64,000 nt of DNA from an uncultured delta proteobacterium (GCA_963826785.1 CAWGYD010000001.1:160001-224000), one strand, 5' to 3'; shown: positions 32,101 to 44,804, counted from the first letter of the stretch. Numbers and translations: made by a program. Notes: generated by a model not told the origin, from the sequence alone.

Positions 32101-33581
32101 TCCGCTCGGTTCTGACCTGCAAGACAGAAAACGGCGTCTGCATCAGCTGCTACGGCCGGGATCTGTCCCATGGCGGACCCGTGGAGATGGGGCAGCCCGT
32201 GGGCATCATGGCCGCTCAGTCCATCGGCGAACCCGGCACCCAGCTGACCATGCGGACCTTCCATATCGGCGGGACCGCCAGCCGCCGCGTGGAACAGGCC
32301 GACATCCGGGCACGCATGGAAGGGACCATCAAGTACAACGTGCTCAACGTGGCCATCAACTCGGATAACCATATCATCGTCATGAACCGGCGGGGCGGTG
32401 AATTTTCCATCGTAAGTGATTCCGGCCGCGAACTTGAGCGCTTCCCGATTATCTATGGTGCCGAGATCATGGTGAACGACGGCCAGAAGGTCAAGCAGGG
32501 CGATCTGCTGGCGACCTGGGACCCTTTCACCACCCCCATCATCACGGCGGTTTCCGGAAAGATCAAATTCGGCGACCTGGTCATTGGGAAGACATTGAAG
32601 GAAAAGGTCGATCCGGTCACCGGCAAATCGAGTCTGACGGTCGTCGACGCTACCAAAGCCGGGGATGTGCGTCCGCGTCTTTCCATCAAGGACAAGGAAG
32701 GCAAGACCGCGGTCATTCCAGGTTCGGGGTCTGCCCGGTACACACTGCCCGTGGACACTATCCTGATGGTGGAGGAAAACGACTATGTGAAGGCCGGCGA
32801 TATCATCGGAAAACTGCCCCGGGAAACCACCAAGACAAAGGATATCACCGGCGGTCTGCCCCGGGTCGCGGAGCTGTTCGAAGTCCGCAAACCCAAGGAA
32901 ACGGCTGTTTTATCTGAAATTGACGGGTACGTCTCCATCGGCAAGACCCCGAAAAAAGGCAAGCAGAAAGTAACGGTCAGCCCGGTGGACGCGGGCGAGA
33001 AGAAGGAATACCTGATCCCCCGCGGCCGGCACATCAACGTGCTGGAAGGCGACTACGTCAAGGCCGGGGAGCAGCTGACCGGCGGCAGCCCCAATCCCCA
33101 GGATATCTTGAACATCAAGGGGGATGTGGCGCTGGCCCGATATCTGCTAAACGGCGTGCAGGAAGTTTACCGGCTCCAGGGCGTACGGATCAACGACAAG
33201 CACATCGAGATCATTATCCGCCAGATGATGCGCCGGGTGAAGATCAAGACCATCGGTGATACGGAATTCATCCCCGAGGAGCAGGTGGACAAGGTGCGCT
33301 TTGAAACCGCCAACCGGGAGATCCTGGCCAAGGGCGGGATACCGGCCACAGGCGAACCGCTGATTCTGGGCATCACCAAGGCCTCTTTGTCAACGGAAAG
33401 CTTCATCTCCGCCGCATCCTTCCAAGAGACCACCAAGGTCCTCACGGATGCCAGCATTTCCGGTGCCTATGACTCGCTTAAAGGTCTCAAGGAAAATGTC
33501 ATCATGGGCCGCCTGATCCCCGCGGGAACGGGCATGGATGAATACAGCAAACCGGATATCGAAGTGGAATCCGGGCATTAA
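29166..33581 (+). CDS. rpoC: DNA-directed RNA polymerase beta-prime subunit, carrying an internal parvulin-like domain insertion
   Basis: TTG start; N-terminal Zn ribbon, NADFDGDQM active site, bridge helix, trigger loop with SI3-type insertion; extra ~99 aa at residues ~574-672. Confidence 0.98.
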   Translation: METLYDFFIKPKNPRCYKGVQIALSSPEMIRSWSHGEIKKPETINYRTFKPERDGLFCAKIFGPTKDYECNCGKYKRMKHRGVICEKCGVEVIQSKVRRERMAHIDLACPVSHIWFLKSLPSKIGNLLDLTLKSLEKVIYFDNYIVIDPKETGLSPMQLLSEEKYREARELYGAKFEAGIGAEAIRTLMERIDIEKLYNELRTGIQETGSDAKRKKLAKRLKVVDAFRQSGLNPVWMVLEAIPVLPPELRPLVPLEGGRFATSDLNDLYRRVINRNNRLKRLMDLKAPDIIVRNEKRMLQEAVDVLIDNGRQGRVVTGTNKRPLKSLSETLKGKQGRFRQNLLGKRVDYSGRSVITIGPNLRLHQCGLPKQMALELFKPFIYHRLEKKGIVTNVKSAKKWAERKSPEVWDTLDEVVKEYPIMLNRAPTLHRLGIQAFEPVLIEGKAIQLHPLVCTAFNADFDGDQMAVHIPLSLEAQIEARVLMLASNNILSPANGSPIIVPTQDIVLGLYYMTLGLQNARGDGMEFSGPGEVRCAFDSGAVDLHAKIKVRMDGTRYDTTVGRILLWELIPKGESYILRHIMVPDEEKAHAVLEEIAGGASFRDMVHKYSEAFDKTYTGNIGLLEKGEFKEIFQLKDAEAGKVFSLKQDEISHIVRSGGKYHLFKVIEIRREIPFVMINKVLNKKGLRELVDFTYRHKGPKATVVLSDQLKDIGYRQSTAGGLSISIDAMIIPESKTSILTKAEKEVSDITKQYTEGLITQGEKYNKVVDIWAKATDDIADAMMDAMEKPYEGVLEKLAPSEDNRLVKSNGGGDMINPIFMMADSGARGSKDQMRQLAGMRGLMAKPSGEIIETPITANFREGLSVLQYFISTHGARKGLADTALKTANSGYLTRRLADVAQDCTVIEDDCGVRMGLEIEALLEGGEVIQPLSERVLGRVALENVLDPFTDDVLIHAGDEIDEAGVKKIDEAGVTSVRIRSVLTCKTENGVCISCYGRDLSHGGPVEMGQPVGIMAAQSIGEPGTQLTMRTFHIGGTASRRVEQADIRARMEGTIKYNVLNVAINSDNHIIVMNRRGGEFSIVSDSGRELERFPIIYGAEIMVNDGQKVKQGDLLATWDPFTTPIITAVSGKIKFGDLVIGKTLKEKVDPVTGKSSLTVVDATKAGDVRPRLSIKDKEGKTAVIPGSGSARYTLPVDTILMVEENDYVKAGDIIGKLPRETTKTKDITGGLPRVAELFEVRKPKETAVLSEIDGYVSIGKTPKKGKQKVTVSPVDAGEKKEYLIPRGRHINVLEGDYVKAGEQLTGGSPNPQDILNIKGDVALARYLLNGVQEVYRLQGVRINDKHIEIIIRQMMRRVKIKTIGDTEFIPEEQVDKVRFETANREILAKGGIPATGEPLILGITKASLSTESFISAASFQETTKVLTDASISGAYDSLKGLKENVIMGRLIPAGTGMDEYSKPDIEVESGH
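30885..31181 (+). other. In-frame PpiC/parvulin-type peptidyl-prolyl isomerase domain inserted in RpoC
   Basis: [99 protein letters not shown] follows the rotamase pattern HILV...A..L..I..GA.F..LA..YS...G.LG...F.L..GEIS..V.S..GYH..KV. Confidence 0.85.
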
Positions 33582-33670
33582 CGGATTTGGCGGATGATGC
33601 TGTTAAAAAGATGGGCAAATTCGTTGGTATTTGTTGAAAAGAAACGTTATGGTAATTGGGATAAAAGTTC

Positions 33671-33699
33671 TTGACAAGGGAATGATTCGAAGTTAATAT
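33671..33699 (+). promoter_or_regulatory. Sigma70 promoter of the str operon
   Basis: TTGACA-N17-TAATAT, 55 nt upstream of rpsL. Confidence 0.75.
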
Positions 33700-33754
33700 T
33701 CGTTATTTTAGCTATCCGAAAAAAATAATGAAGATTTTTAAGGGTTTATGAAAG

Positions 33755-34126
33755 ATGCCGACTATCAATCAGCTGGTTCGTAAAGGACGGAAGAAAATCG
33801 TAAAAAAGAAGGCGGCGCCGGCGCTTCAGGGATCTCCTCAGAAGCGAGGGGTCTGCGTTCGGGTGTATACGGCAACTCCCAAAAAACCGAATTCCGCCTT
33901 GCGGAAAGTGGCCAGAGTCCGTCTGACCACCGGCACGGAAGTGTCCGCCTACATCCCCGGGATCGGGCACAACCTGCAGGAGCACTCGGTGGTGCTGGTT
34001 CGCGGCGGCCGTGTCAAGGACCTTCCCGGTGTGCGGTATCATGTGGTTCGTGGAACGCTGGACACCCTCGGTGTGGCGGACAGAAGACAGGGCCGTTCCA
34101 AGTACGGATCCAAGCGGCCGAAATAA
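33755..34126 (+). CDS. rpsL: 30S ribosomal protein S12
   Basis: [29 protein letters not shown]. Confidence 0.98.
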   Translation: MPTINQLVRKGRKKIVKKKAAPALQGSPQKRGVCVRVYTATPKKPNSALRKVARVRLTTGTEVSAYIPGIGHNLQEHSVVLVRGGRVKDLPGVRYHVVRGTLDTLGVADRRQGRSKYGSKRPK

Positions 34127-34169
34127 TCCTTAATTTACGGTAAAACCCAATCAGGAAATGGTGTAGTCA

Positions 34170-34640
34170 ATGCCAAGACGCAGAGAAGTTCCCGAACGAA
34201 AGGTCATACCGGATCTGAAGTATAACAGCGATCTGGTATCTCGTTTTGTCAACAACATCATGAAAGACGGGAAGAAGAGCACGGCCCAGTCGATCATTTA
34301 TGACGCCTTCGATTTCATCGAAAAAAAGACCGGTGAACCGCCGCTGAAAGTTTTCGAAAAGGCCATGAACAACGTCAAGCCGCAGGTGGAAGTCAAATCT
34401 CGCCGGGTAGGCGGTTCGACATATCAGGTCCCCACGGAAATCCGGCCGTCCCGCCGGGTGGCCCTGGCCATTCGTTGGCTGATCTCTTACTCCTCAAAGC
34501 GCTCGGAAAAATCCATGGCGCGTAAACTGGCCGCCGAATTGATGGAGGCCGCGGAGCTCCGGGGTGCAGCCGTGAAGAAAAAAGAGGATACGCACAAAAT
34601 GGCCGAGGCCAACAAGGCGTTTGCCCATTACCGCTGGTAG
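34170..34640 (+). CDS. rpsG: 30S ribosomal protein S7
   Basis: [28 protein letters not shown]. Confidence 0.98.
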   Translation: MPRRREVPERKVIPDLKYNSDLVSRFVNNIMKDGKKSTAQSIIYDAFDFIEKKTGEPPLKVFEKAMNNVKPQVEVKSRRVGGSTYQVPTEIRPSRRVALAIRWLISYSSKRSEKSMARKLAAELMEAAELRGAAVKKKEDTHKMAEANKAFAHYRW

Positions 34641-34692
34641 AGGGGTTATTTCCCGAATCAGTCGGATATCCGAGTCTTACAATAAAATGAAA

Positions 34693-34730
34693 TTTGCCCA
34701 TCCGGTATACCGGTATATCGGATGGGCAAA
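34693..34730. repeat. 38-bp near-perfect palindrome at the position normally occupied by fusA
   Basis: TTTGCCCATCCG-GTATACCGGTATAT-CGGATGGGCAAA, self-complementary except for one G-T pair. Confidence 0.85.
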
Positions 34731-34820
34731 ATAACTTAAATACTCAAAGTCATCAACCATACGGTCCGTTAGACACAATGCGCAATATGAAATTTGCCAA
34801 TCGACCGGGAGGAGCAGAAA

Positions 34821-36014
<1,194 letters not shown>

Positions 36015-36033
36015 CTGAAAGAGAATATCTCAA

Positions 36034-36345
36034 ATGATAACAAACACAAAAATTCGAATCCGGCTCAGGGCCTACGATCACAAACTGCTGGACCAGTCCG
36101 CAAGGGACATCGTTGATACCGCCCGGAAAACCGGTGCCAAGGTCGTCGGGCCGATTCCGCTTCCCACCCGGATCAACAAGTTCACCGTGCTGCGTTCCCC
36201 GCATGTCGACAAGAAATCGCGGGAGCAGTTTGAAATTCGGACACACAAACGGGTCTTGGACATTCAGGACCCGACCCAGCAGACGGTGGACGCGCTGATG
36301 AAGCTCGATCTTTCCCCGGGTGTTGATGTGGATATTAAATTGTAG
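36034..36345 (+). CDS. rpsJ: 30S ribosomal protein S10
   Basis: [29 protein letters not shown]. Confidence 0.98.
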   Translation: MITNTKIRIRLRAYDHKLLDQSARDIVDTARKTGAKVVGPIPLPTRINKFTVLRSPHVDKKSREQFEIRTHKRVLDIQDPTQQTVDALMKLDLSPGVDVDIKL

Positions 36346-36365
36346 GCAAGGAATTGGGTGCGGAC

Positions 36366-37001
36366 ATGAGCAAAGGGATATTAGGCAGAAAATTGGGGAT
36401 GACCGGGTTGTTTGTCCACGACGGCCGTTACCTTCCGGTGACGGTGATCGAGGCGGGACCCTGCACGGTAACCCAGATCAAAACCAAGGCCAATGACGGA
36501 TACAATGCCCTTCAACTGGGTTTTGCGGAAAAAAAGGAATCCCGCGTGAACAAGCCCCAGAAAGGGCATTTCGCCAAATGCGGGGGGACATGCTTTTACC
36601 TGCTGCGGGAATTTCCGGTGGATAACCCGGAGGAGTTCCAACTGGGCCAGGAAATCGCGGCCGATATGTTCATGGTGGGCGAAAAGGTGGAAGTTTCCGG
36701 AAACAGCAAGGGACGCGGATTTTCCGGTACCATCAAGCGGCACGGGTTTCACCGGGGCCCCAAGACCCACGGCAGCCGGAACTACCGCGCGCCCGGGTCC
36801 ATCGGCCAGAGCGCCTGGCCGTCAAAGGTCATCAAAGGCAAGAAGATGCCGGGCCGGTACGGCAACACCCGTCATACCGTAAAGAACCTTGAAATCGTGG
36901 ATATCCGTCCCCAGGAAAATCTGATCCTGATCAAGGGCGCAGTGCCGGGACCGAACAGTGGCATGATCGAAATTCGAAAGATCGTCTCCAAAAAGCCCTA
37001 A
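36366..37001 (+). CDS. rplC: 50S ribosomal protein L3
   Basis: GRKLGMT, SKGRGFSG, APGSIG, KGAVPG; start placed at ATG 36366. Confidence 0.96.
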   Translation: MSKGILGRKLGMTGLFVHDGRYLPVTVIEAGPCTVTQIKTKANDGYNALQLGFAEKKESRVNKPQKGHFAKCGGTCFYLLREFPVDNPEEFQLGQEIAADMFMVGEKVEVSGNSKGRGFSGTIKRHGFHRGPKTHGSRNYRAPGSIGQSAWPSKVIKGKKMPGRYGNTRHTVKNLEIVDIRPQENLILIKGAVPGPNSGMIEIRKIVSKKP

Positions 37002-37044
37002 TCGAATGATTTTTCAGGACCCATATTAGAAAAAGAGGAATGAC

Positions 37045-37668
37045 ATGGCTGTCGTTGATGTAAAAAATACCAATGGAGAAAAGGTCTCGGAAGTTGAGCT
37101 GCCTGAAAGCATTTTCAACATTCCGATCAAGAACGCCGTTCTCCATCAAGTGGTCCGGATGCAGCTGGTCTCCCGCCGAAGGGGCACTGCCGCGGTGAAG
37201 CACCGCTCGGATGTCAAGGGGAGCTCCAAAAAGCTGTTCAAGCAAAAAGGGACCGGCCGGGCCCGGCGGGGTGATATCAAAAGTCCGCTGCTGAGGGGCG
37301 GCGGCTCAATCTTCGGGCCGGATCCGAGATCCTATGCATTCAAGGTCCCCAAGAAGGTCCGGCGCCTGGCGCTGAAAATGGCGCTGAGCAGCAAGTTGAA
37401 TGACAATATGCTCATGGTGCTCGACGCCTTCGATCTGGATCAGATCAAGACCAAAACGGTCGCCGCCGCGCTGGATCGGCTTAAGGTGGAAAAGCCGCTG
37501 ATCATTACGGCGGACAAAAACGACAACCTGGAAATCTCCTCCAGAAATTTACCCGGCGTGAAGGTGCTTCGGGCCGATGGATTGAATGTCTACGACATTT
37601 TGAATCATAAGAATCTGATTCTTCTTGCGCCTTCGATCAAGCACATTGAAGGGAGGCTGACGGTATGA
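37045..37668 (+). CDS. rplD: 50S ribosomal protein L4
   Basis: [20 protein letters not shown]. Confidence 0.96.
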   Translation: MAVVDVKNTNGEKVSEVELPESIFNIPIKNAVLHQVVRMQLVSRRRGTAAVKHRSDVKGSSKKLFKQKGTGRARRGDIKSPLLRGGGSIFGPDPRSYAFKVPKKVRRLALKMALSSKLNDNMLMVLDAFDLDQIKTKTVAAALDRLKVEKPLIITADKNDNLEISSRNLPGVKVLRADGLNVYDILNHKNLILLAPSIKHIEGRLTV

Positions 37669-37952
37669 GAACATATCAAATCATAAAGGCACCGATCGAT
37701 ACGGAAAAAACCAATATCCAGAAGGAAACGAATAACCAGGTCACCTTCGAGGTCGATCCGTCGTCAAACCGGGTGGAAATCAGAAAAGCGGTGGAAGGCA
37801 TATTCAACGTCAAAGTCAAAGCGGTCCGGACATCTTCGGTCAAGGGGAAGTTCAAGCGCCGCGGCCGCATCGTCGGCAAGCAGAAAGACTGGAAAAAGGC
37901 CATCGTGACGTTGATGCCCGGAGAGCGGATTAATTTCTTTGAAGGAGTGTAA
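37665..37952 (+). CDS. rplW: 50S ribosomal protein L23
   Basis: [17 protein letters not shown]; operon position. Confidence 0.95.
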   Translation: MRTYQIIKAPIDTEKTNIQKETNNQVTFEVDPSSNRVEIRKAVEGIFNVKVKAVRTSSVKGKFKRRGRIVGKQKDWKKAIVTLMPGERINFFEGV

Positions 37953-37967
37953 GCGGGGAGCTTTATA

Positions 37968-38792
37968 ATGGCAATCAAGAAGGTAAAACCCACATCGCAA
38001 GGCCGCCGATTTCAGGAATTTTCGACGTTCGACGAAATCACCACCGACAAGCCGGAGCGCAGCCTGATCAGGAGCCTCAATAAATCGGGCGGCCGGAATG
38101 CCAACGGGCGGATTACCTCCCGTCATCGGGGCGGCGGACACAAGCGCTACTACCGTATCATCGATTTCAAGCGGGACAAGGATGGGATCCCCGCCAAGGT
38201 GGCGACCATCGAGTATGATCCCAACCGCAGCTCCCGCATCGCGTTGCTCCATTATGCCGACGGCGAAAAACGCTATATTCTGGCAGCCGCCAAAATGGGG
38301 GTGGGCGATATGGTCATGTCCGGCCCGGACGCGGAAATCAAACCGGGAAATGCCCTTCCCCTGGGTCAGATCCCGCTGGGGACGCAGATCCACAACATCG
38401 AGCTTCAGTATGGAAAAGGCGGGCAGCTGGTCAAAAGCGCCGGCACCTATGCCCAGTTGATGGCCAAGGAAGGGCGGTACGCCACCATTAAACTGCCTTC
38501 TGGCGAAGTTCGGCTGGTTCTCCAGACCTGCAAGGCCAGCATCGGGCAGGTCGGCAACAATGATCACAGCAACATCAGCATCGGCAAGGCCGGACGCACC
38601 CGGATGCTCGGTAAACGACCGCAGAGCCGGGGGGTGGTCATGAACCCGGTGGATCATCCCATGGGCGGCGGTGAAGGTCGCTCCTCCGGCGGACGCCATC
38701 CCTGTACTCCCTGGGGAATGCCGACCAAGGGCTATCGGACCCGGAAAAACAAGAGCAGTGACCGGCTGATCGTCAAACGACGGAAGAAGTAA
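37968..38792 (+). CDS. rplB: 50S ribosomal protein L2
   Basis: [32 protein letters not shown]. Confidence 0.98.
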   Translation: MAIKKVKPTSQGRRFQEFSTFDEITTDKPERSLIRSLNKSGGRNANGRITSRHRGGGHKRYYRIIDFKRDKDGIPAKVATIEYDPNRSSRIALLHYADGEKRYILAAAKMGVGDMVMSGPDAEIKPGNALPLGQIPLGTQIHNIELQYGKGGQLVKSAGTYAQLMAKEGRYATIKLPSGEVRLVLQTCKASIGQVGNNDHSNISIGKAGRTRMLGKRPQSRGVVMNPVDHPMGGGEGRSSGGRHPCTPWGMPTKGYRTRKNKSSDRLIVKRRKK

Positions 38793-38843
38793 TCAAAGCG
38801 TTTTCAATGTTTATAGCAAATATGGAATAGAGCAGGAGCGATT

Positions 38844-39125
38844 ATGCCACGATCGTTGAAAAAAGGACCGTTTATCGATCCCTCATTGTCGGAAAAGGTG
38901 ACCACAGCACAGGAATCACGAAGCAACAAGGTGATCAAGACATGGTCCCGTCGTTCCACGATCATACCGGAAATGGTGGGCCTGACCCTGGCGGTGCATA
39001 ACGGTAAAAAGTTCGTGCCGGTGTTTGTGACGGAAAACATGGTGGGACATAAGCTGGGCGAATTTTCCCCCACCCGGACGTTCTACGGTCACGCCGGTGA
39101 CAAGAAAACCAAATTGAAACGATAA
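38844..39125 (+). CDS. rpsS: 30S ribosomal protein S19
   Basis: [24 protein letters not shown]. Confidence 0.98.
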   Translation: MPRSLKKGPFIDPSLSEKVTTAQESRSNKVIKTWSRRSTIIPEMVGLTLAVHNGKKFVPVFVTENMVGHKLGEFSPTRTFYGHAGDKKTKLKR

Positions 39126-39150
39126 CATGCAAGGGTGAGGGATTTCTGCC

Positions 39151-39483
39151 ATGGAGGTTAAGGCCACGGGAAAATATATGCGCATTTCTCCCCAGAAGGT
39201 CCGCCAGATAGTGGACGCCGTAAAAGGAAAACCGGTGGAAACCGGATTGAATGCGCTGAAATTCATGCCGCAAAAGTCAGCTGCAATCGTGGAGAAAATA
39301 TTGCGCTCGGCGATTGCCAACGCGGATCACAATTCGGATCTGGATGTGGATTCTCTGGTGATCAAAAACATTATTGTCAATGAAGGCCCCACGTTAAAAC
39401 GTTTTCGCCCACGGGCGAGGGGGCGCGGCTCTCGGATTCTCAAGAGGATGAGCCATATCACGGTTGTGGTTGACGAAGGGTAG
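39151..39483 (+). CDS. rplV: 50S ribosomal protein L22
   Basis: [22 protein letters not shown]. Confidence 0.97.
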   Translation: MEVKATGKYMRISPQKVRQIVDAVKGKPVETGLNALKFMPQKSAAIVEKILRSAIANADHNSDLDVDSLVIKNIIVNEGPTLKRFRPRARGRGSRILKRMSHITVVVDEG

Positions 39484-39503
39484 CGAAAAAGGAGGATAAG
39501 AGC

Positions 39504-40148
39504 TTGGGTCAGAAGGTCAATCCGAAAGGAATGCGGCTTGGTATTACGCGAACCTGGAATTCCAGATGGTATGCGGGGAAAAACTACTCCAAATATGTCC
39601 TGGAAGATCATCAGATTCGGACGTTTCTGAAAAAGCGGCTGTTTCACGCCGGGGTTTCCAAAATCGACATCGAACGGTCGTCCAGGCGGATCAAGCTGCG
39701 AATATTTGCCGCTCGGCCCGGAATCATCATCGGGAAAAAGGGCTCCGAGATCGAGTTGTTGAAAAAGGATCTCGAAAAGATGGTGACATCCGAGGTGATG
39801 GTGGATATTCAGGAGGTCCGGAAGCCGGAGATCGATGCCCAGCTGGTCGCCGAGAACGTCGCCAATCAGCTGGTAAGACGGATCGCGTTCCGCCGCGCCA
39901 TGAAACGCGCCGTGGTATCGGCCATGCGGTTTGGGGCCGAAGGGGTCAAGATCATCTGCTCCGGCCGGCTGGGCGGCGCGGAAATGGCCCGCACCGAATG
40001 GTACAAGGAAGGACGCGTGCCGCTGCATACCCTTCGGGCCGATATTGATTACGGGGTGACCAGCGCCCATACCACCTACGGGGCCATCGGGATCAAGGTT
40101 TATGTCTTCAAGGGCGAGATCCTTCAGGAAGAGCAACTGCCGGCATAA
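39504..40148 (+). CDS. rpsC: 30S ribosomal protein S3
   Basis: TTG start; [33 protein letters not shown]. Confidence 0.97.
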   Translation: MGQKVNPKGMRLGITRTWNSRWYAGKNYSKYVLEDHQIRTFLKKRLFHAGVSKIDIERSSRRIKLRIFAARPGIIIGKKGSEIELLKKDLEKMVTSEVMVDIQEVRKPEIDAQLVAENVANQLVRRIAFRRAMKRAVVSAMRFGAEGVKIICSGRLGGAEMARTEWYKEGRVPLHTLRADIDYGVTSAHTTYGAIGIKVYVFKGEILQEEQLPA

Positions 40149-40267
40149 TTCCATTTAAGCATTCAAGATGATACCCGGGCGGCAAGGCGGCGGCGGAGGC
40201 GTACACATAAGTACGTTGAGGTGCCGCGACGCAGCCAACTCGGGTAGCGCCTGAATGCGAAAAGGAA
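40149..40267. repeat. ~120-nt long imperfect hairpin element between rpsC and rplP (MITE/REP-like or structured RNA)
   Basis: Nested pairings TTCC/GGAA, GCATTCA(A)G/CTGAATGC, TACCCG/CGGGTA, GCGGC/GCCGC, GCGTAC/GTACGT. Confidence 0.6.
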
Positions 40268-40301
40268 CTTGAGGCAATCAATATTTGGGAGATAGTCAAA
40301 G

Positions 40302-40715
40302 ATGCTGAGTCCGAAAAAAGTCAAATTCAGAAAACAGCAGACCGGACGGATGAAGGGGATGGCCTACCGCGGTTCAACCTTGAATTACGGTGATTTCGGC
40401 CTGCAGGCCGTGGAGTGCGGATACCTTACTTCCAGGCAGATCGAAGCCGCCCGTATCGCCATGACCCGCCACGCCAAGCGCGGCGGCAAGATGTGGATCC
40501 GCATTTTTCCGGACAAACCGGTGACCAAGAAACCCGCTGAAGTCCGGATGGGTAAAGGAAAAGGGGCGCCCGAAGGCTGGGTAGCGGTGATCCGGCCGGG
40601 AAGAATCCTCTATGAAATGGAGGGGGTTACCAAGGAAGTGGCCCATGAAGCGCTCCGTCTTGCTTCTTATAAGCTGCCCATTAAAACCAAAATTGTGGAA
40701 AGGGGCGAAATGTAA
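40302..40715 (+). CDS. rplP: 50S ribosomal protein L16
   Basis: [26 protein letters not shown]. Confidence 0.97.
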   Translation: MLSPKKVKFRKQQTGRMKGMAYRGSTLNYGDFGLQAVECGYLTSRQIEAARIAMTRHAKRGGKMWIRIFPDKPVTKKPAEVRMGKGKGAPEGWVAVIRPGRILYEMEGVTKEVAHEALRLASYKLPIKTKIVERGEM

Positions 40716-40903
40716 TGGAAGCAAAGGAAATCAGAGATCTCAGCGATGCTGAACTCAATGCGAAAATTACGGATACGGTCCAATCCCTCTTTAATCTGCG
40801 CTTTCAGCACAAAACCGGCCAGCTGGATAACCCCACACGGCTCAAGCAGGTCAAGCGGGATATCGCCCGGATGAAAACGATACAGCGGGAAAGATCCTTA
40901 TGA
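40715..40903 (+). CDS. rpmC: 50S ribosomal protein L29
   Basis: LFNLRFQ..TGQL.N, RDIARMKT. Confidence 0.95.
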   Translation: MEAKEIRDLSDAELNAKITDTVQSLFNLRFQHKTGQLDNPTRLKQVKRDIARMKTIQRERSL

Positions 40904-41160
40904 AAAGTGAAAGAGGCATGAAAAGACAGTTGGAGGGTACGGTTTTGAGCAACAAGATGGACAAAACCGTGACGGTCAGGGTGGAACGGACGGTCATTCA
41001 CCCGATCTACAAGAAATTCATCCGGCGTCGCGTCAAGTTTTCCGCCCATGACGAGCAGAACACCTGCTCCATTGGCGACCGCGTCCTGATTACCGAATCG
41101 AAACCGATCAGCAAGTCCAAGCGGTGGCGGGTAAGCCGAATCATTGAAAAAGCTGTGTGA
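40900..41160 (+). CDS. rpsQ: 30S ribosomal protein S17
   Basis: S.KMDKT.TV, HP.YKK, AHDE, PISKSKRW. Confidence 0.96.
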   Translation: MKSERGMKRQLEGTVLSNKMDKTVTVRVERTVIHPIYKKFIRRRVKFSAHDEQNTCSIGDRVLITESKPISKSKRWRVSRIIEKAV

Positions 41161-41177
41161 TGTAAAGGATAAATGAA

Positions 41178-41546
41178 ATGATACAGGCGGAAACGAGATT
41201 GTCTGTTGCAGATAATTCAGGTGCCAAGGAAGTATACTGCATCAAGGTACTGGGTGGAAGCCGGCGTCGTTATGCCCGCGTCGGTGATATCATCGTGGTG
41301 TCGATCAAGGAAGCCATCCCCAATTCCAAGGTGAAAAAAGGGGACGTCCATAAGGCGGTGGTGGTGCGGACCAAGAAGGAAATACAACGGCCGGACGGTT
41401 CCCTGATCCGGTTTGACGACAATTCCGCCGTCCTGATCAACGCCCAGCGGGAGCCCATCGGGACCCGGATCTTCGGACCCGTCGCTCGGGAACTGCGCGC
41501 CCAGCGGTTTATGAAAATCATCTCACTGGCCCCCGAGGTTTTATAG
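41178..41546 (+). CDS. rplN: 50S ribosomal protein L14
   Basis: [26 protein letters not shown]. Confidence 0.98.
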   Translation: MIQAETRLSVADNSGAKEVYCIKVLGGSRRRYARVGDIIVVSIKEAIPNSKVKKGDVHKAVVVRTKKEIQRPDGSLIRFDDNSAVLINAQREPIGTRIFGPVARELRAQRFMKIISLAPEVL

Positions 41547-41574
41547 GATCACTCAGATCCTTAGGAGACATTAT

Positions 41575-41898
41575 ATGAACGAGCGCCACATAAAGAAAAA
41601 CGATAAGGTCAAAGTGATTGCCGGCAAAGACAAAGGCAAGGTCGGCAAAGTGCTGGATGTATATCAGGACAAAGACCGTCTTCTGGTTGAAAACGTCAAC
41701 ATGGTCAAGCGGCATACACGCCCCGACTCCAAGAACCGCCAGGGCGGGATCGTCGAAGGGGAAGCAGCGATTCACTGGTCCAATGTGATGCTGATGTGCA
41801 ACAAGTGCCTGGCCGCGGTGCGGATCAAGATGCAATACCTGGAAGACGGAAAAAAAGTTCGGGTGTGCAGAAAATGTAATGAAGTCATTGATGCATAA
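41575..41898 (+). CDS. rplX: 50S ribosomal protein L24
   Basis: [23 protein letters not shown]; carries CxxC...CxxC. Confidence 0.96.
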   Translation: MNERHIKKNDKVKVIAGKDKGKVGKVLDVYQDKDRLLVENVNMVKRHTRPDSKNRQGGIVEGEAAIHWSNVMLMCNKCLAAVRIKMQYLEDGKKVRVCRKCNEVIDA

Positions 41899-41921
41899 TG
41901 GCGCATGCCGGAGGAATATTC

Positions 41922-42458
41922 ATGTCATTAAAAGCGTTTTATGATACCGAGGTGGTTCCCAAGCTGATCGAGGCCTTCAACTACGGAAATCCGTTTGAAG
42001 TGCCCAAGCTGGAAAAGATCGTGCTGAACATGGGCCTGGGGGAAGCCATCCACAATATCAAGCTTCTCGATTCCGCGAAAGAGGAGCTCATGACCATCTC
42101 CGGCCAGGCGCCGGTGGTGACCCGGGCGAAAAAGTCCGTAGCGGCCTTCAAGGTCCGGGAAGGGATGCCCATCGGCTGCATGGTAACCCTGCGCCGCCAG
42201 CGGATGTTCGATTTTTTCGATAAACTGGTGAACATCGCCCTGCCCCGGGTGCGTGACTTCCGGGGAATATCCGGCAAGGCATTTGACGGATTCGGCAACT
42301 ATACCCTGGGCATCCGGGAGCAGATCATCTTCCCGGAGATCGACTATGACAAGATCGATGCCATCAAGGGACTGAACGTTACCATCGTGACCAGTGCCAA
42401 AACAGACGAAGAAGGCAAGCAGCTCCTGAAATTGATGGGAATGCCCTTCAGAAATTAG
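41922..42458 (+). CDS. rplE: 50S ribosomal protein L5
   Basis: [33 protein letters not shown] at 41922 after GGAGG. Confidence 0.97.
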   Translation: MSLKAFYDTEVVPKLIEAFNYGNPFEVPKLEKIVLNMGLGEAIHNIKLLDSAKEELMTISGQAPVVTRAKKSVAAFKVREGMPIGCMVTLRRQRMFDFFDKLVNIALPRVRDFRGISGKAFDGFGNYTLGIREQIIFPEIDYDKIDAIKGLNVTIVTSAKTDEEGKQLLKLMGMPFRN

Positions 42459-42482
42459 CTTTGAGTCGATAAGGAGGCAAAT

Positions 42483-42668
42483 TTGGCTAAGAAATCGCTG
42501 ATGATCAAGGCGAGCCGGAAACCGAAGTTTTCCGTCCGGCATTACAACCGGTGCCCGATCTGCGGACGGCCACGGGCCTATATTCGGAAATTCGGCATCT
42601 GCCGGATCTGCTTCCGGGACATGGCATCCGAAGGGCTTCTTCCGGGCGTAACCAAATCCAGCTGGTAG
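42483..42668 (+). CDS. rpsN: 30S ribosomal protein S14, Zn-binding type Z
   Basis: RC.ICGRPR...CRICFR...PGVTKSSW; 61 aa. Confidence 0.96.
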   Translation: MAKKSLMIKASRKPKFSVRHYNRCPICGRPRAYIRKFGICRICFRDMASEGLLPGVTKSSW

Positions 42669-42742
42669 GCAGTGATTACCGCTGTTGATCGCGAAATCAT
42701 CGAAACTGAAACAATCATTGAAAGTAAACGGAGTATACGACC

Positions 42743-43141
42743 ATGTCGATAAGTGATCCTTTATCGGATATGCTGACCCGGGTCCGCAATGCCGGCAAAG
42801 CCAAGCATGCGAGTGTGGACATTCCGGGCTCAAAACTGAAGGTCGCTCTGGCAGGGGTGATGAAGGACGCCGGATATATCCGGAATTACAAGTTTATCAA
42901 AGATAACAAGCAGGGAATCCTTCGCATCTATCTCAAGTACGATCAGAAGGACCAGCATGTCATTTATGGTATTGAGCGGGTCAGCCGCCCGAGCCGCCGC
43001 ATCTATGTGCAGGGCAAGGATGCCAAGCCGGTCCTGAACGGCATGGGCATCGCGGTGCTGTCCACCTCCAAGGGGGTGATGACAGACAAGACCGCCCGCA
43101 AGGAAAACGTCGGTGGTGAAATACTCTGTAAAATCTGGTAG
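42743..43141 (+). CDS. rpsH: 30S ribosomal protein S8
   Basis: DP.SDMLTR.RN, STSKGVMT, GGEILC.IW. Confidence 0.97.
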   Translation: MSISDPLSDMLTRVRNAGKAKHASVDIPGSKLKVALAGVMKDAGYIRNYKFIKDNKQGILRIYLKYDQKDQHVIYGIERVSRPSRRIYVQGKDAKPVLNGMGIAVLSTSKGVMTDKTARKENVGGEILCKIW

Positions 43142-43155
43142 TCAAGGAGAATAAC

Positions 43156-43689
43156 ATGTCTCGTGTGGGAAGAAAACCGATTGCGATACCCGATAAGACC
43201 AAAGTGTCCTTGAACGACCGGATACTGACGATACAGGGCGAAAAGGGGACGCTGACGCAGGCGATTCATCCGGACGTACAGGTCAACATGGAGGACAACG
43301 TGCTGACCGTCAGCATCGGCCGTCAGGACAAGAAAACCCGCGCGCTGTGGGGAATGACCCGGGCCATCGTCGCCAACATGGTCACAGGGGTTTCCAAGGG
43401 ATTCGAGCGGGTCCTGGAGATCAACGGAATCGGGTACCGGGCCGAATCCAAGGGAAACAGCATCGTGTTTCACCTGGGATATTCGCATCCCATCGATTAT
43501 CCGCTTCCCGACGGCGTTGAAGCCAAGATCGATCGAAACATCATCCGGCTTTCGGGCATCAACAAGGAACTCCTCGGGTTTACCGCCTCGACCATTCGGC
43601 GACTTCGTCCACCGGAACCCTACAAGGGTAAAGGGGTGAAATATGCCGAGGAAAAAATCACGCGCAAGGCCGGCAAGACCGCAAAATAA
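43156..43689 (+). CDS. rplF: 50S ribosomal protein L6
   Basis: MSRVG.KP, LGYSHP, RPPEPYKGKG. Confidence 0.97.
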   Translation: MSRVGRKPIAIPDKTKVSLNDRILTIQGEKGTLTQAIHPDVQVNMEDNVLTVSIGRQDKKTRALWGMTRAIVANMVTGVSKGFERVLEINGIGYRAESKGNSIVFHLGYSHPIDYPLPDGVEAKIDRNIIRLSGINKELLGFTASTIRRLRPPEPYKGKGVKYAEEKITRKAGKTAK

Positions 43690-43716
43690 CAATCGGTTAT
43701 AGATAGGTGGACAGAA

Positions 43717-44085
43717 ATGGGATCAGTCAATCAGCGCAAAATGCTGCGCGAAAAGCGTAAAAAACGCATCCGGAAACGGATCACCGGCACCACGGAACGG
43801 CCGAGACTGACCGTTTACCGGAGCGCCAGGCACATCTATACTCAGATCATCGACGACACGAAGGGGGTTACGCTGGCATCGGCCTCCACCGTGGAAAAAG
43901 AGGTCCGGGAACAGCAGACGTTTGCAAACAAAACTGCGGCGGCCGTATTCATCGGGAAACTGATCGCACAGCGGGCCACTTCCCAGGGGATCAAATCCGT
44001 CGTATTTGACCGTAATGGATTCCTGTACCACGGCCGCGTCAAGGCAATTACCGACGGCGCCCGCGAAGCAGGTCTTGATTTTTAA
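43717..44085 (+). CDS. rplR: 50S ribosomal protein L18
   Basis: GT.ERPRL.V.RS, FDR.G..YHGRVKA, AREAGL.F. Confidence 0.97.
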   Translation: MGSVNQRKMLREKRKKRIRKRITGTTERPRLTVYRSARHIYTQIIDDTKGVTLASASTVEKEVREQQTFANKTAAAVFIGKLIAQRATSQGIKSVVFDRNGFLYHGRVKAITDGAREAGLDF

Positions 44086-44104
44086 GTAAAAGAGGAGGCA
44101 CCCC

Positions 44105-44599
44105 TTGTTCAAGAAGGAAACAGACGAAAACTTATTGATCGATAAAGTCGTTCACATCAGCAGGGTGGCCAAAGTCCATAAGGGCGGCCGGCGCTTCAGT
44201 TTCAGCGCGATCGTGGTGGTGGGCGACGGTCGAGGGAGTGTAGGGCACGGGCTGGGCAAGGCTCAGGAAGTCCCCGAAGCCATCAGAAAAGGGGTGGAGA
44301 GCGCCAAGAAGAACATGATCAGCGTTCCGCTGGTGGATGGCACGATTCCCTATGAGGTGATCGGCAAGTTCGGTGCCGGACAGGTCCTGCTGAAGCCCGC
44401 CTCCAAAGGGACGGGCGTCATCGCCGGCGGTGCGGTCCGGGCAGTGCTCGAAGCCGTGGGCGTTGAAAACATTCTCACCAAGTGCATGGGATCGAACAAT
44501 CCGCATAACGTGGTAAAAGCAACGATCAAGGGCTTGACGGACCTGCAGAGCCGGGAAAAAGTGGCGGCCAAACGCGGGATCAGTGTCGAGGATCTATAG
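44105..44599 (+). CDS. rpsE: 30S ribosomal protein S5
   Basis: TTG start; [21 protein letters not shown]. Confidence 0.97.
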   Translation: MFKKETDENLLIDKVVHISRVAKVHKGGRRFSFSAIVVVGDGRGSVGHGLGKAQEVPEAIRKGVESAKKNMISVPLVDGTIPYEVIGKFGAGQVLLKPASKGTGVIAGGAVRAVLEAVGVENILTKCMGSNNPHNVVKATIKGLTDLQSREKVAAKRGISVEDL

Positions 44600-44622
44600 G
44601 ATCTGTAAAGGACTGTATTGAC

Positions 44623-44802
44623 ATGGCTGGTGTATTGAAAATTACGCTTGTGAGAAGCATGAACGGAAAACCCGAAAAGCAGCGCAAGGTTCTGCGCGGC
44701 ATGGGCCTGACCAAAATGCATAGAACGGTTGAGCTGGAAGATACCCCCGCGATTCGCGGAATGATCCATAAGGTAACCCATCTCGTCCAGGTGGAGGAAT
44801 AG
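44623..44802 (+). CDS. rpmD: 50S ribosomal protein L30
   Basis: Hand translation: [59 protein letters not shown]. Confidence 0.94.
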   Translation: MAGVLKITLVRSMNGKPEKQRKVLRGMGLTKMHRTVELEDTPAIRGMIHKVTHLVQVEE

Positions 44803-44804
44803 AC

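Noticed and set aside
32280..32840. Large insertion in the RpoC trigger loop
   Set aside because: This is the known SI3 (beta-prime i6) insertion found in Proteobacteria and relatives; not novel.
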